64,000 bases of DNA from Callorhinchus milii (Eukaryota): NCBI RefSeq assembly GCF_018977255.1, contig NW_024704742.1, positions 116,190,001 through 116,254,000 on the forward strand, read 5' to 3'. Both the position numbers and the translations under genes were made by a program. The notes beneath the pieces are model-generated. The model saw only the letters and a program-made list of their open reading frames with translations, searched no databases and was not told where the DNA came from. Positions 24,682-38,062 of the stretch are shown here, one piece after another. Numbering within the stretch: position 1 is the stretch's first letter; every line of letters begins with the position of its first letter.

Positions 24682-24990
24682 AACTAAACTTGAACTAAAT
24701 TTGAGCCCAAGACGCTTCTAGCGCTATCAGGATACAGGCTGTGATATCTCATTTTTTAAATGGTCTGGTTTCTGAACTGTTTTCTGGAGTTGGTACTGCT
24801 GTCATAATGATGTGTTGTTTGTAGGTTAATAAGGCTAAAGCTTTTTTGCACTGAGTCTGGGTAAACTTATCTCTCAATCTTAGATCTTAGGTCCCTGCCA
24901 AACCTTGTCTTCTCCTCACTAAGAATGATTGACAAAGTGATTACCCATCAGTTACTGAATTTGAACCATTTGCTTTTGTCTGTATTCCAG

Positions 24991-25124
24991 GGTGCAAAAA
25001 TTCTTTGGAAGACTCTTTCAAGAAAGCTAATTCAAACCCGTCTACCTATCTGTCTGCAGGAAAGCTTTCTTCAATGCTGAATGGCAGAGAAGAGATTTAT
25101 GCCAATTGTATGGTGGTAGATAAG
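24991..25124 (+). CDS. ARHGEF28: ARHGEF28 exon (GCKNSLEDSFKKANSNPSTYLSAGKLSSMLNGREEIYANCMVVDK)
   Basis: Acceptor ttccag, donor gtaaga, phase 1 to 0. Resembles recalled ARHGEF28 motif AGRLSDMLNGGDEVYANCMVID. Confidence 0.92.
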
Positions 25125-25219
25125 GTAAGACCTGCTGAAATCGTTGTGCCCTATTTCCAAAGGAAGGTCCTAAATTGCTAAATAATTAAGTTACAATGAC
25201 TAGGTTACATTTACATGTT

Positions 25220-25440
25220 ATATTTTCATGCAAAAGGTAGTGTAAATCTGAGACTCTCTCTGCCAAAAGGCTGTAGATGCTGGATCCATTCAAATTTTCA
25301 AGACTGAGGTGGATAGATTTTTATTAGGTAAGGGCATCAAGGGAAATGGGGCAAGGGTAAGTATTTGGAGTTCAGCCATGAACTAATAGAATGTTGGAAC
25401 AGGCTCGAGGGGCTGAATGGCCTACTCCTGTTCCTATGGT
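25220..25440 (+). mobile_element. CR1 LINE 3' end
   Basis: Ends ggaacaggctcgaggggctgaatggcctactcctgttcctatg. More diverged CR1-like pieces at ~36570-37210(-), ~40760-41030(+), ~43990-44260(-), ~45050-45650(+, split by a SINE) and ~56990-57200(-). Confidence 0.75.
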
Positions 25441-25910
25441 TACACTTGTATGGCAATTTTCATGTTGAATAATGTCTTGAAGCATTTCACAGGGATGGTA
25501 TGAGCAAGGTGGGAGGAAGGTCAGGAGGGAGGTGACTGAAAGCATGGTCAGAGAGGTAGGTTTTTAGGAGGGTCCTGAAAGCAGAAAAGCAGACTGCAAG
25601 ACTGAGAGATTTTGGCAAGGAATTCCCCGGAGCAGAGACGTATTGGGTAAAAGCTCAGCCACCGTTGATGAAATAGGAGATCCGAGGACATGGAGTCTGA
25701 GTTTCTGGGTGGAGGGAGGTTAGCTCACAGTTCACATTAGTTCACAGAAGGTCTATCTTGAGATGCATCTGAAGAGTTGAGGATCAGTTATTGACAATAT
25801 TGGAAATTGGTCCGCGTTAAGTTGTGTTACAGAATGAACTTCACTTTTAGTTCTTGCATTTGTTGCTATTAATGTATTAATGGCATCTCCATTTCTTCTT
25901 AAACTCTTAG

Positions 25911-26266
25911 GTTGATGAAGGAGGTATAAAGTATAGCGTTAATGATGTCACAACTGGAAGTACCAGTACTGATCATGAATCATATGAAATCGCATCTGAG
26001 GACCACAATGACCAGGCTTGCAATTCTAAATTTGAGGAAACAAATTTATTTGCGTCAGAGGACCAGGAATGTCAGCAAAGTATTGGTGAATGTTTTGAGG
26101 AGAAGGTAGATACCACAATTCATGACGAGGACCAGGATCATTTTGTGGAATCCATTTCTGATTTGTCTTCACCTGAAAATATTTATTGCCGATCATTATT
26201 ACCGCCCAGACAACATGTCTCTGTCAAACTGGAAAGTCATTCAATGAACATCAGTCATAAGCAAAG
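25911..26266 (+). CDS. ARHGEF28: ARHGEF28 exon, acidic/Ser-rich linker (VDEGGIKYS...MNISHKQ)
   Basis: Acceptor ctcttag, donor gtatga. 356 nt with no stop; phase 0 to 2 matches both neighbours. Confidence 0.85.
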
Positions 26267-28336
26267 GTATGATTTTGTTTGTGGTATATCTCATTGCATT
26301 TGGATATCTTTGACCAATGCTTTTACTTATTTGTAATAATCCTTGCATTTGATTTATCGCTTTTCATGTCAGGAGGACGTCTCAAAGTGTTTTGCAGGAT
26401 TTATTGAAAGTGTAGTGACTGTATTTTGTATCGGTAATTTGATACATTAATCGTGATGTGGTGACTGTTTTCTAGTTTAAAATATTTATTTTGTGCACAG
26501 CCTGTCATTATTCTTGATTTACTTTTTTAATGTAATACACAAATTGCATTTTATCCCACACAAGACTCTGTGAGACCATTACCACATCCTTGCCAAGCTG
26601 CACTGACTGCCTAGTTATTTAATAGAACCATAGAAGCAGTTCTATTCTATTCTGATAAATGCCATTCAGACCATTTCTCCCCATGGGTGTTTGTTCCTCC
26701 AAAAAGATGAAGTCGTTCATCCATATGCTCTAACACTGTTCCTTTGTATATATTTGTCCAATTCTATTTTAAATATCCCTATTTGACTCTACTCTAACAG
26801 GTAACCCTAACAAATCATTACCAATATCCCCTGGGAGAAGTTCTTCTGAATCTCTCTTTTCACACCCTTAGCCACCATCTTCCCCACTCAATAATTTTTT
26901 AAAAGATTCTTATTGTTCCTTTCAAATGCCTTCACTGCCTTGTCTCTGCAGTCCCAATGGCCACTCCCTCCAGTCTACACTCTCTGCTCTGGCAACTCAA
27001 GCCTGCTTCATATAATAATCCTTACATTTGGGATTGCACCTTTCATGTCAGGAGAACATCTTAAGGTGCTTCATAGATTATACTATAAAGTGGAGGGACT
27101 GTGTGATTTATGCGCACAGCAATGTCTCATAAACAGCTATGAAGTGAATTACAATTTTATTGGGGGGTTGTTGGACAGGACATCGCTACCTGCTGTGTAC
27201 ATAATCAGTGGATGAGCTTTCAGCCACTTTACCCTTCTTACTGTAACTCTCTTTCTCTAAATCTCCACATCTTTCCCTCTTCCTCTATAGTCAGTTAGAA
27301 TAGTTAGAATCTATCTAAAATCCTATAATAATAATAATATCTCATTTACTGCACCTTTCTCCCGTCTGCCTCTCACCTCTCCCACCGTGTTCGGATACCC
27401 ACTGCAAAGGGCATTGAAACCTTCTTGCTATGAAAGTGAATCAGTTGTATTTTACAGTGGTAGCTTATTATCTTCCTGTGATAACTTTTTAATATTACAT
27501 TTAGTAAGAATCAATTGTGATTGTACAGTACAACAGTACTGGTTGAGCCCTATAGTTTGGCTTAGTCAAAATGGGAATAGATGCATTCCCGTTTTCATAA
27601 TAATAATAAGAAGAAGAATCCTTGCATTTGATATAGAGGTATATCATAACATTTATGTGTCTCACAAAGAGCTTCACAGAATATATTATAAAGTGAATTG
27701 ACTTTGTGGATGAAATGTGGCAGCCAAGAACATCGTAAATTTATTGGATGGAGGAGTGTGGGGGTAGTTCATTTCTTAGAGGAAAATCACTTTGGATTCC
27801 AGTATTTTATCACTATCAAGTGGTGCCTGCAGTAATATGTAACTTTATGTCAGGGCAGCTTTGGGCTCATGTTTAATGGTTTCTTCCACCCCCTGCTCAC
27901 CCTTCAAGAATAGTTGAATAATTATCTGGCCACTTGGCCTGAGCTGCTCGAAGGTTTCATTGAGTCATTAATTGATACCCCAGTATGAGTCAACACCTCC
28001 AGGAGAGCAGAGGAGAGGTAAAGAAAAAAAGAAAATCAGACCATTTATGGGAAAACAATATTTTACAATTCCATACTTGTTTCAACACTTGTTGAGGGCA
28101 AATGTCACCACGTGGGGAAGCTGATTTGAAGGCCTTGTCACCAAGCCAGCCATTATCAAGTTGATAGCAAAAGCAAACCTGTGAAGTGATATGATGGCTG
28201 AAGCACCCCAGATTAATGGTTACATCTTTACTTATGTTAATTTAGTACAGTAAAACTCTCATAGTCTGCTGTGTATAAATTGTATAATCACCTAAGTTAA
28301 ACATCTGCCCAAGTCCTGTTCAAGAGCTTATATTAC

Positions 28337-29090
28337 AATACAATACAAAATGACATTTGTATAGTGCCTCTCACGTCGGGAGAACGTCCCAAGGCGCTGG
28401 ACAGTGAAGGATTTGGACCCGAGCTGGGGAGGGGGGAAGGTAGGAGGGTGGCCAAAGGCTCGGTCGAAGAGGAGGATTTTGAGACGTGCCTTGAAGGAGG
28501 CAAGCGAGGGAGCGAGGCGAAGGGAATGTGGGATGGATTTTCAAAGGGTGGGGCCATAAAGGCTGAAGTCCTGGCCACCATTGGTGGAGCGGGCCGCGTG
28601 AGGGGATGTGGAACAGGCCAAAGCCTGCTGAGCAGAGGGAGTGGACAGGTTGATCTGAGGTCAGCAGGTCGCAGAGGTAGGAAGGAGCAAGGCCGTGGAG
28701 GGCCTTGAAGGCGAGGACAAAGATTTTGAACTCTATCCTCTGAGGTATGGGAAGCCATGGGAGCCAGGCAAAGATGGGGGTGATGGGGTCATGGAGCCTG
28801 GTGCGGGAGAGGTCATGAGCTGTAAAGTTCTGGATTATCTGCAGCTTGTGGAGGGAAGAGTTTGGAAGAGCCGACAAGCAGGGAGTTGGCGTAGTCGAGC
28901 CTAGATGTGATAAATGCATGGATGAGGGTTTTAGCAGCCTGAGGGGAGAGGCAGTGACGGAGCCGGGTGATGTTGCGGAGGTGGGGAAAGGCAGAGCGGG
29001 CCATGGGATAGATGTGGGGTAGAAAGGACAGTTGAGGGTCAAACAGGATGCCAAGATTCTGGACTGGCTCAGTGAGGTGGAGTGTGCACA
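28337..29090 (-). mobile_element. L2 LINE 3' fragment (older, frameshifted)
   Basis: ORFs 28371..29129 and 28813..29157 include HAFITSRLDYANSLL and WLPIPQRIEFKI. Confidence 0.9.
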
Positions 29091-31090
29091 TATGCAAATT
29101 TGACATAACGCATACTCTGCATAAGTCATATTGAATGTACGGTCCCAACTGATGCAACTTATGTGAAGTTTACTGTATTCTCAAAATCTCAGTGATCGCC
29201 ACTATGCTAGTTTCCTAACTCACTGCCTAAACAATAGTGCAGGTACCATGTTCGTGCTATGTACTCGAGATTTCCTTGTTCTTGCCCCAGTTGTTAGTTG
29301 CACAAGCTCCACTTGTATTAGGTTAGTGAAGCTGGCTTATTAGGGAGAGCTATTAATCCTGCTATTAGAATATATTTGGCCTAATTAATTAATACGACAA
29401 TATTTGGGTTTGAAGTAAAGGATTTGAGCTTAGCATAACTGGGTAGCTGAGGACAATAACAACTTACATTTATATAATGCTGTTCAGGCAAGGTACAAGG
29501 GCATTTAACAGTGGCGGAGCCTGACGCCGAGCTGGGGGAGGGGGGAGGGGACTGTAGGCATGGTGAAAGAGGAAGGTTTCCAGGTGTGATCTGAAAATGG
29601 GGAAGGAGAGAGCAAGGTGAAGAGATTGAGGGAGAGAGTTCCGCGATTCAGTGATTTGAATATTTAGCTTATCCAGTTTTATTTTGCCATGATCAAGTGT
29701 TGAGGAGGCAAATTCTATTGAAATTCTTTTACAAGAAACAACTTCCTTCAGTTATTGCATGGTTTGGTGTAATGGCGGTATGATTGGAATCTAAACATGA
29801 CAGCATGCTTCAATCACTAAGATTAGTCAGTGAAGCTTAGAAATCACTGCATGGTGTACTTTAGCCTCAGGAGTGACTAGATTCTAAAGTTCAACGGTAT
29901 TTCCATACTTCAATCACCACATTCATTGCTCCAAAAAGGTCATCTTCCACCTCCCCCACTCCATTTACTCATTGTACCATTAGCTTCTCCAGCCATAACA
30001 GTCTGCATGTCAGTCAACCTTGCTGTCTAGCCTGATATGCTGCCATAAGACTTGCCCTTCACAAGATCAATAGTAAAGTCTTTTAAATGCATTTATTTCA
30101 GCATCTTTAGAACTAGACAGGAAGAGATCAATGGGCAATATCATTAACTAAGTATAATACAATTCAGTACAATATAGGCACCACATTTAATTGACTGCTT
30201 AATAGTAGATGGTAGTCAATCTTGTAAAACATAATGAAACAATGTTGTTACATGATGAATACATTTTCTTCTCCAAGCTGACTTTCATATAGCAGAATGG
30301 ATGTTTTAGTAGTTCAGTTGAGCTATGAATTCGATGAGTTTCAGTCAGTTGAATTAAAACTGCAACTTCACTGCCCTTTATCATTAATTTCTTTGTTTGT
30401 TTCTCTCTCTCTATCTCTGAGAACAACAACAACAAAATTAAGTTTATAGAGCGCCTTTCACATTGGGAGGACATCCCAAAGCGCTGGACAGTCAGGGTTC
30501 GGGACCCGAGCATGGGGGAGGGGTGGCATTCTTGCGTAGAAAGCTGTGTAGACAAGTGTGAATACTCAGGGAAGGAAACTCTGAGTAAGTATAAGCAGTG
30601 GGGAGAACTGACCAGTGGAGTAACTGGGTCCCTTTTTACTTCAAAATATGTGCTTTTTCATTAATAGGCTGCCTCTATGGGACTCAGAGGCATCCTTTTA
30701 AGCAGTACAACACAAGAATAGCTCCGAGTAAGAGTCTCACCTGCCAGCAGGTACCCCGAGAATCAATGTACTTGACAGAAACCTTTGAATTAATAAAACG
30801 TACAGAAATGAATTTGGAACCTTACAGAGCAGCCTGGCAATTAGAGAGAGTTCAAAATGTGGCTGTAAGCACAGTCGAAGAGGAAGATTTTCAGGTGGGA
30901 CTTAAAAAAGGGGAAAGAGGGGGCAAGGCGGAGGGATTGAAGGAGAGTGTTTCAGAGTTTTGGGGCATAGTGGCTGAAAGCGCGACCTCTGATGGTGGGA
31001 CTAATATTCGTCATGTAAATGAATTAGTAAGAATTCATGTGACACTGCTTTGACCATTGACTGCTTTTCAGTAATTGTTTTTGTTTGCAG

Positions 31091-31298
31091 TTTCAACTTT
31101 GATGGCCTTGATGCAGACAGCGAAGGAGAGGAGGTTTCAGACAGATCTCAAGGGTCGTGCACTCCAAGGTCTCCAAATTCGGTGGCTGTATTTGCGAGTA
31201 GTGGAGATGAATTGGACTCTTCTGAGACCCTCCATGAATCTGAGATGAAGACCAGGGGCCATGACTCCACGATTTCAATCAGAAATGTACCACCAAAG
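31091..31298 (+). CDS. ARHGEF28: ARHGEF28 exon (FNFDGLDADSEGEE...SSGDELDS...NVPPK)
   Basis: Acceptor ttgcag, donor gtattg, phase 2 to 0. LDADSEGE and SGDELDS motifs. Confidence 0.92.
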
Positions 31299-31674
31299 GT
31301 ATTGATATTAAATGTTGTTAGTTAGGAGTTAAACCAACACAATTGTTTAATTTTAATAACCTCAAGTAAGAATTCCACTGGAACAGGTTCTTATGTTCTT
31401 ATCTATTTCTTATCTGCTCCAAAAATAACCTTGGAGCTCATAGGAACATTAAACAATCCAATCTTAATTCAGATATAATATTTGAAAACATTTAAAATAA
31501 AACAAAACAATAATAACAATTTTATTATTGCCACAATGTATTAATGACATCTTTTAGCAAGGTTGTAGCAATAGTTTTAAGTTAGGAGTAGATGACTGCA
31601 GGAATTTTGGGAGGGGCAGCCGGGTGTCTGACACCAGCAGAAACCTATCACTATGCTTAAGGGTATACAAACCA

Positions 31675-32063
31675 ATAACAACAACAACAAAATTATATTT
31701 GTATAGTGCCTTTCACGTCGGGTGGACGTCCCAAGGCGCTGGACAGTCAGAGTTATGGACCCGAGCTGAGGGGAGGATGGAGGCAAGGGGGGGAAGCAGG
31801 GAGATCAAAAGCACGGTCAAAGAGGAGGGTCTCAAGGTAGATCTTGAAGGTGGCGAGGGAGGGGGTGAAATGGAGGGACTGGGGGATGGAGTTCCAGAGG
31901 GTGGGTGCAGAGTGGCGGAAGGCCCGCCCGCTGATAGTGGGGCGAGCAAGGCAGGGGACGTGAAACAGGCTGGAGCCCACTGAGCAGAGAGAGCGGACAG
32001 GGTAGTAGGGGGTAGGAAGACGGACAGGTAAGGGGGAGCAAGACCGTGGAGGGCTGAGAGACC
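31675..32063 (-). mobile_element. L2 LINE 3' fragment
   Basis: (CAA)n tail; encodes GRAFRHSAPTLWNSIP. Confidence 0.88.
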
Positions 32064-32290
32064 AAACTGAGAATTACATGCATTCTACCTAAACATGGAA
32101 ATTCCAGAGAAAGATTGTTGGAAAGGATTGTGCACTCTCTCTCCCAGGAGGGATGCATACTGATTACCTAATCCCCCTCCCCCATGAAAGACTGTAGGAA
32201 CGTGCAGTTGATTCATTTGGCTTGGAAGTTATGAGCCTGTTATATCAAGATGCTGAATTTGATGTACTGTTTCTGTTGTCCAATCTGAAG

Positions 32291-32405
32291 GAGTCGGAAG
32301 ATACTGGGATTCGACTTCGATCATACTCCCTTTCTTCACCTAAAGGTTCGCAAAGCAAATCTCGATTTGCAAGAGATTTTAACGTACCCGATTCCACAAG
32401 TGAAG
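32291..32405 (+). CDS. ARHGEF28: ARHGEF28 exon (ESEDTGIRLRSYSLSSPKGSQSKSRFARDFNVPDSTSE)
   Basis: Acceptor ctgaag, donor gttagt, phase 0 to 1. RxRSYSxSSPK motif. Confidence 0.9.
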
Positions 32406-33445
32406 GTTAGTCCCAATCAGAGTTGAGTAGATCTGATTAGAAATGCGAAACACCATTGCTCTAACAGAAAGAATAATATTCTGCAACTGTCATATATACT
32501 TTGTGCCATCACCTGCAAAGCTTCTCCATATCTTTGGCTATAATGTACTTTTATCATTTTACTTCTAACAAATATTTCATGTGAAAATGCGAACTCAAAG
32601 CTGAAGCTGGAATCTATCCACATTGCTGTATTATTATTATTGTTGAATTAGTTGAGTGTTCTACATTGTTTTCTGAGACTAGTTTCTAGCATCTTAAAAG
32701 TGGTAATTGTATCACATGCTGAATTACTCTGAACAGCTTGGTGGTTAGAGTGCTCAATTGACCAGTCAGATTTTATTAGTATTAGGAACTGTGAGTTACA
32801 AGCTGCCTGTCACTTGAATCTGCCTTCTTCACTGCGTGAGCTTTGCCAATTCTTGTTGCATTCCACCTCCTTTCGCCTTGCAGCTTACAGAGGAAGGAGA
32901 AACTGAGATTGCCTGCCTCACACATCTACTGATGTGCCTCCTCTCAGCTGAGTTAGAAGTGTTACCCATGGCTTTAGAGAGTAGCAGTTTGAATATAATA
33001 TATTTATCGTAAAGAGTGAACAAATATCTAATTGCAAAAAGGCTCCAAAACAAATTATTTTTCCGAAAAAGAACTATTTCAGTTAAAAATGTTTGCAAAT
33101 TCATTTTGTAAACTCATACTGTTTATTTTTTTAAAAAGCAATGCCATGTACAAAATGAGTGAATAATACCCTATCGTCAGTGTTAGCCTTTCATACCAAA
33201 CCACCTCATTTAAAAATGACTTCTTGTATCCATCAGTTATGTAATACATACAACTCATCTGCTTATTTCACATGGCAACATGCACACGGTGAGGTCAGTT
33301 CTTTTGGGTTAGTAGCCTTCCAAAAATCCGATAATTAAATTGATGATTTATTTTTACAAGTAGAGTTGGATTGACAGCAATAAGTAACACAAATAGAAAA
33401 TGGTCATAAACCACTTGAAGTTTACTCTTGATATTTGACATATTT

Positions 33446-33764
33446 GTGGAGTCCTGTAGCTCAGTGGTTAGAGCACTCGCTTTGCAAGCGAGAGACCTGA
33501 GTTCAATTCCCGGCAGGGCGAAACCTTGGGCACGTTTCCTTACCCCACACACCTAATAATAATCCCTCCAAAACCCCAAACAATAATAAATTCATCATTT
33601 TCAATCTACGACTGTTTGTGGGACATTGCTATGCGCAATTGGCTGCCGCGTTCGCCCACAAATATACAGTCAATTCACGTTACAGTGTGTTCTGTGAAGC
33701 GCTTTGGGACGTCCTCCCGACGTGAAAAGCGCTATATCAAATGCAAGGATTATTATTATTATTA
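33446..33764 (+). mobile_element. Full-length tRNA-derived SINE
   Basis: A/B boxes and (TTA)n tail. Confidence 0.93.
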
Positions 33765-35919
33765 TATTTGGCCCTTCACTCCTTTTCCTTTGTAATTATC
33801 TTCTTACTCTATTATTCTCTATGTATGAATCTGTACCTTGTATATCTGGGATATTAGGCAAATCAGCCAATGACCGCCCGACTAGATTATTTTTTCACAT
33901 TGATGAGTCTGTACCTGCTCTGTAGATGGTGTTTTCAGCAGCGGACGTTCGCTCCTTCAAGCTCTTTCACTGTCTAAATCGGTGTGTCTGCTGCACCACA
34001 GTAGTAAGTACCACTCAGACCATCAGATAAAGCCATCACTCTTCTGTATGCATGCAACTGGCCTGCTGTTGTGTCAGTGGCATTGTGGCATGCTGCTACT
34101 AGGTCTTATTCATATTAACTGTCATGATTTAGGTTTGGAATCAAAATACGTCTGTCTCGAAATGCAGTGTATTTAATGTGCTTCTCATTCATGTTTTCAA
34201 TTGTCATGTCTATTTTGAAGCTTGGTGCTTGCTTTTACATGATTGTTTCTATGTAAATCAACCTTAACACTCAGAGCAACCTTACAGCATGTTGGTTGAG
34301 GTGCTCCCGTCACAACTGTATTGTGTATGGTGAGTAGTTTGATATCTATTAATGCTCCAGCCCACTTGCAATGAAAATTCATAGAAACCCAGAATATTAC
34401 AGCACAGAAAGAATCTCTTTTGTCCTTCGCTTCAAGTCTGTGTTGGCATATTTCTCCACCAAGACACATCTCACTCTTCCTGCTCGCTCCCTACACCTTT
34501 TATCTTTTTCAAGCATCTATTTAATTCCCTTTTAAAAAGAATTGATGGATTTTGCTCCAACAATGATCATCCAGTTGATTGAATGCAGGAGTGAGTATTT
34601 GTCTCTCTGTGTTGTAAAAGGGAATGCCGAATCCCTTTTTTAAAAAAAAATGTTTCCTAGTCATACTTCAATAATGCCTGTTATGTGAAATTTGTTGGTG
34701 CTGTTATGTCCTAGGTAGTGTTGTGATCCTTAAAGCCACATGGTTGCGGTTGCTTCTCATAATATGAGCCTTACTTTAATCTTCTGCACTGTCCTTACCT
34801 GTGCCATTTACAAAATTATTAAAAGCAGCATGGCAGCACAGGCCTTTGGAGCATGTACACGTTGCGGCAAAGATTTCAGTCTCTCATTCTCCTGATCTGA
34901 ACCACACTGCTGTGGGCAGGTGTTAAGTGACTGCTTCCCTCCTCACCCAGAAAGAGAGCAGCAAAACTGGAGTAAAAGGGAACAGGCCAAGGCTAGGTTG
35001 TCCACTGTCTGTTTTCTCACCTTGAAGAGATACACCCAGGATAGAAACTAGACAGTCAACTTTCCATGGACCTTGATATTTAGGGGATTCGAGCAATCCA
35101 GCAGTTGGAATGAGTTGCTTTAATCTCACCAAATAAAAATGTATTTATTAAACACATATGCAAAACCAGTTCATTCAAACCAGTTTTGCATATGGGAGAA
35201 ATGAATATAAATACTAGTTACTAATTTTAGATATTTTCCCACATCAGAGTCACTCCACTTTATTGTATATCTCTTGAAGTACTTTGAGACATCCTTCCGA
35301 CCACGAAAGGCGCAATATCAAATGTAAGATTATTATTTCACTCAAACAAACATGTCCTGTTATGTTAAACTCTTAGCTTGGGTTCACTAATCAGACTGAT
35401 TCTTGAGATGAGATAATTACCTCAAAGTTTATCTTTTAGGAAAGGCTTTTCCAACTTGTTTAGAATGTTCATTCAAATGACTATCAAACTGTCCTTCACA
35501 ACTTGTGAGGAACATGCTTTGCTTCTTATCTGCTCCATTGAACAGTTGGAAGTCCTTTCTGGATGTGAATCGAAGCTATTGGTAAATATTAGACCGTTTT
35601 GAATACTGGAGTCTCAGTGCAGATAATGTTGAATTCTTGCAGTCTTCCAAGTAAGTAGAAAGTGATAGACTGTATCTTCAAGACCAATTTCAGATTTTGG
35701 AATCAATTGAAATCAAGCTCCAAAATCAAATATTTGGAATACCACATGCTGCAGCAGCCTGATAAACACCAGTGTAGTCCACATGTATTATTTGTAGCAA
35801 ACCTCTTTGGAAAGATTCTCTTCCAACTGGATTTTCAAAGAAATCAACCACAGGAAGGCAACCTTGTATTCTACCTACTTTCTGCCGTTGTAAGTTGTTG
35901 TTATGTCATCTTGTTTCAG

Positions 35920-35962
35920 AACAGCGAGCCTTCAGTCAAACTGAACACCCAAAAGAGAAAAG
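35920..35962 (+). CDS. ARHGEF28: ARHGEF28 short exon (EQRAFSQTEHPKEKR)
   Basis: Acceptor tttcag, donor gtactg, phase 1 to 2. Resembles recalled EQRAYSLSEPPRENR. A second identical donor lies 18 nt downstream. Confidence 0.88.
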
Positions 35963-36267
35963 GTACTGTGAAACGCAAAGGTACTGTGAAATGATTACTT
36001 TGAAATGAGCTGCATGCAAAATCTTTAATTGAGCTGAGGATGCATGAAATATTAACAAAACTGACTAAGTTGAAACAATGTAAATAAATTGCAGGCTTCC
36101 ATAGATGTTTTGTTTCCAGATGTAAGTAGGCACTAGATTTTGAAGAAACTAGATTGATGTCTATTTGTATAGGAACCTGTCTTCCAATTTATGTTGGCCT
36201 TGTTTGAAGTCAGTTTTGTGAATCTCTAAATTAAAGTGTGCATACATAAATACCTTCTTGTGCTTTT

Positions 36268-36289
36268 ACACACACACACACACACACAC
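36268..36289. repeat. (CA)n microsatellite
   Basis: About 11 AC units. Confidence 0.9.
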
Positions 36290-37531
36290 GTATGCACGTA
36301 TGTCCATAGGTTTTCCATAAAAATTCAAATGCTCATTTTTCCACTTAACGTCCCATCACCATTGTGAATCTACCATGATGCCAACCTTTCCACCATTTGA
36401 TGGCTAATTTAGTGCTCAAGATTGATTTCTCCTAAATTTGTTTTAAATAAATCGCACCAGTTGATCAATTGCTCAGTTTAGCGAAAAATATGAAACAAAT
36501 TTGATCTGCCTAGCAAATATGGAGCTCACTGTGGTTTGCAACCACAGCCAGTGTACTACTTTTAAGAACAAAAGGAAGCATGGAAAATAAAAAGATTGTT
36601 TGATGGCATCAAACCTGCTCCTCCTTTAGACCATGTACAGTTTGTCTCAACACGGGCTCTTCCCAATTTAATTAATCTCCACAAAGAATATTCTCCTCGA
36701 TAAACAGAGAGAAATACATCTTTGAATCTAATTTTACAACCAATATCATTAAATCTTTTCCACGGAAGCCATTTTCTATTGTCCCAGTGACATAGGAACC
36801 ATTGTTAATGAAGTGAGTGTTTGGTCCAGTTCGAATCCAGAAAATAATTTCCTTTTTAAAAAAACACAGGTAATTGACACATCACTACCTGCTTCTCAGG
36901 GAGTCTATCCACATTTCTGATATCTGGGAATGTGTGTGTATGTGTGCGCGTGAGGAGGGGTGGCGGGGGGGAGAGTGAAGTCTTCTAATCGATGAGTCTT
37001 ATTGAAGGTTGGTATTTTGTACCCATGTCCTCAGATACTTCAATCACACATTCAGTTACAAATATGTTTTACTACTATGATTTTAAAGACCTGAAACAGG
37101 TCTCCTCTCAATCTTCTTTTTGCCATGAAAATTACTTCACTAAGTTTCTCATCACAAACTTGAGCCAAACTCTTGTGACTTTTTCTGAATCCTCTCCAAT
37201 GCACCAGCATTGAAGGTGAGCTGCTCATAATTCCACACATTAATATACATTTGTCAATACCCAGAGTTAAAATAATCGGTTTTGATTAGAATTAAATAAT
37301 TTCACTCATTCTTAATTCCTCTTTGAGAGCAGTTCCAGTTGAAAACAACTTAAAAATTAACTAGACACTTTTAGTGATAGATCAATAATATTCAAATTGT
37401 TTTGCTTTTCCACCATTGCTGCTGGTCACTTATTCATTGTGTACGTGTTTTATGCAGCCTGTCGAAGTATGCATGCATCATGCTTTTCTGTTTCAATGTG
37501 CATTACCTTCAAACATTATAATCCATTTCTC

Positions 37532-37589
37532 ATCTATTTAGTTCCTTTGGTTCCTTTGAAATCTATTTAGTTCCTTGGGTTCCTTTGAA
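37532..37589. repeat. Tandem duplication, 2 x 29 bp
   Basis: atctatttagttcctt(t/g)ggttcctttgaa occurs twice in a row. Confidence 0.92.
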
Positions 37590-38062
37590 ATCCTATCAAA
37601 GCTCCCTTGTACAGTGGTCATCTGTTTGTATACTGTAGCTTGGTGTCATGAGCAAATATCTAACATCGTAGATGACCTCTCCTTTAAGGTTAAACAGTGT
37701 AAACAGCATTCTGATTGTGCGACTGTATGTACCTCATAATAAATTTGATTACTGTGGGCCAGTCTAACTTTAGTAGGCGAGTCATCTCAGAGCCATTTTA
37801 ACCCTGAGGACACCCCGCTTCTCTTCTTTCTCACCTCCCTCTAAACAATATCTCTAAACATAGTGCTCAATGATCGACTTTGGAAGGCTGAAGTTGAGTG
37901 AACCCATTAGGATTTAAATCTTTTGGATCCAGTTTTGTGTTACGGATGCTCTGTAGTCATAAAATTAGATGAGAGCTACATCATCCGAATGTATTATTCT
38001 GCTCTTCTGTCCAGTGTATTGTTTATTGCAGCAGAGTTTCAGGAATCTATCGTTTTCTGTAG

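Noticed and set aside
32860..33012. Extra exon after a strong pyrimidine tract and CAG (32883)
   Set aside because: In the phase set by the preceding exon it stops after ~7 codons. The open phase-0 frame has no donor compatible with the next exon.
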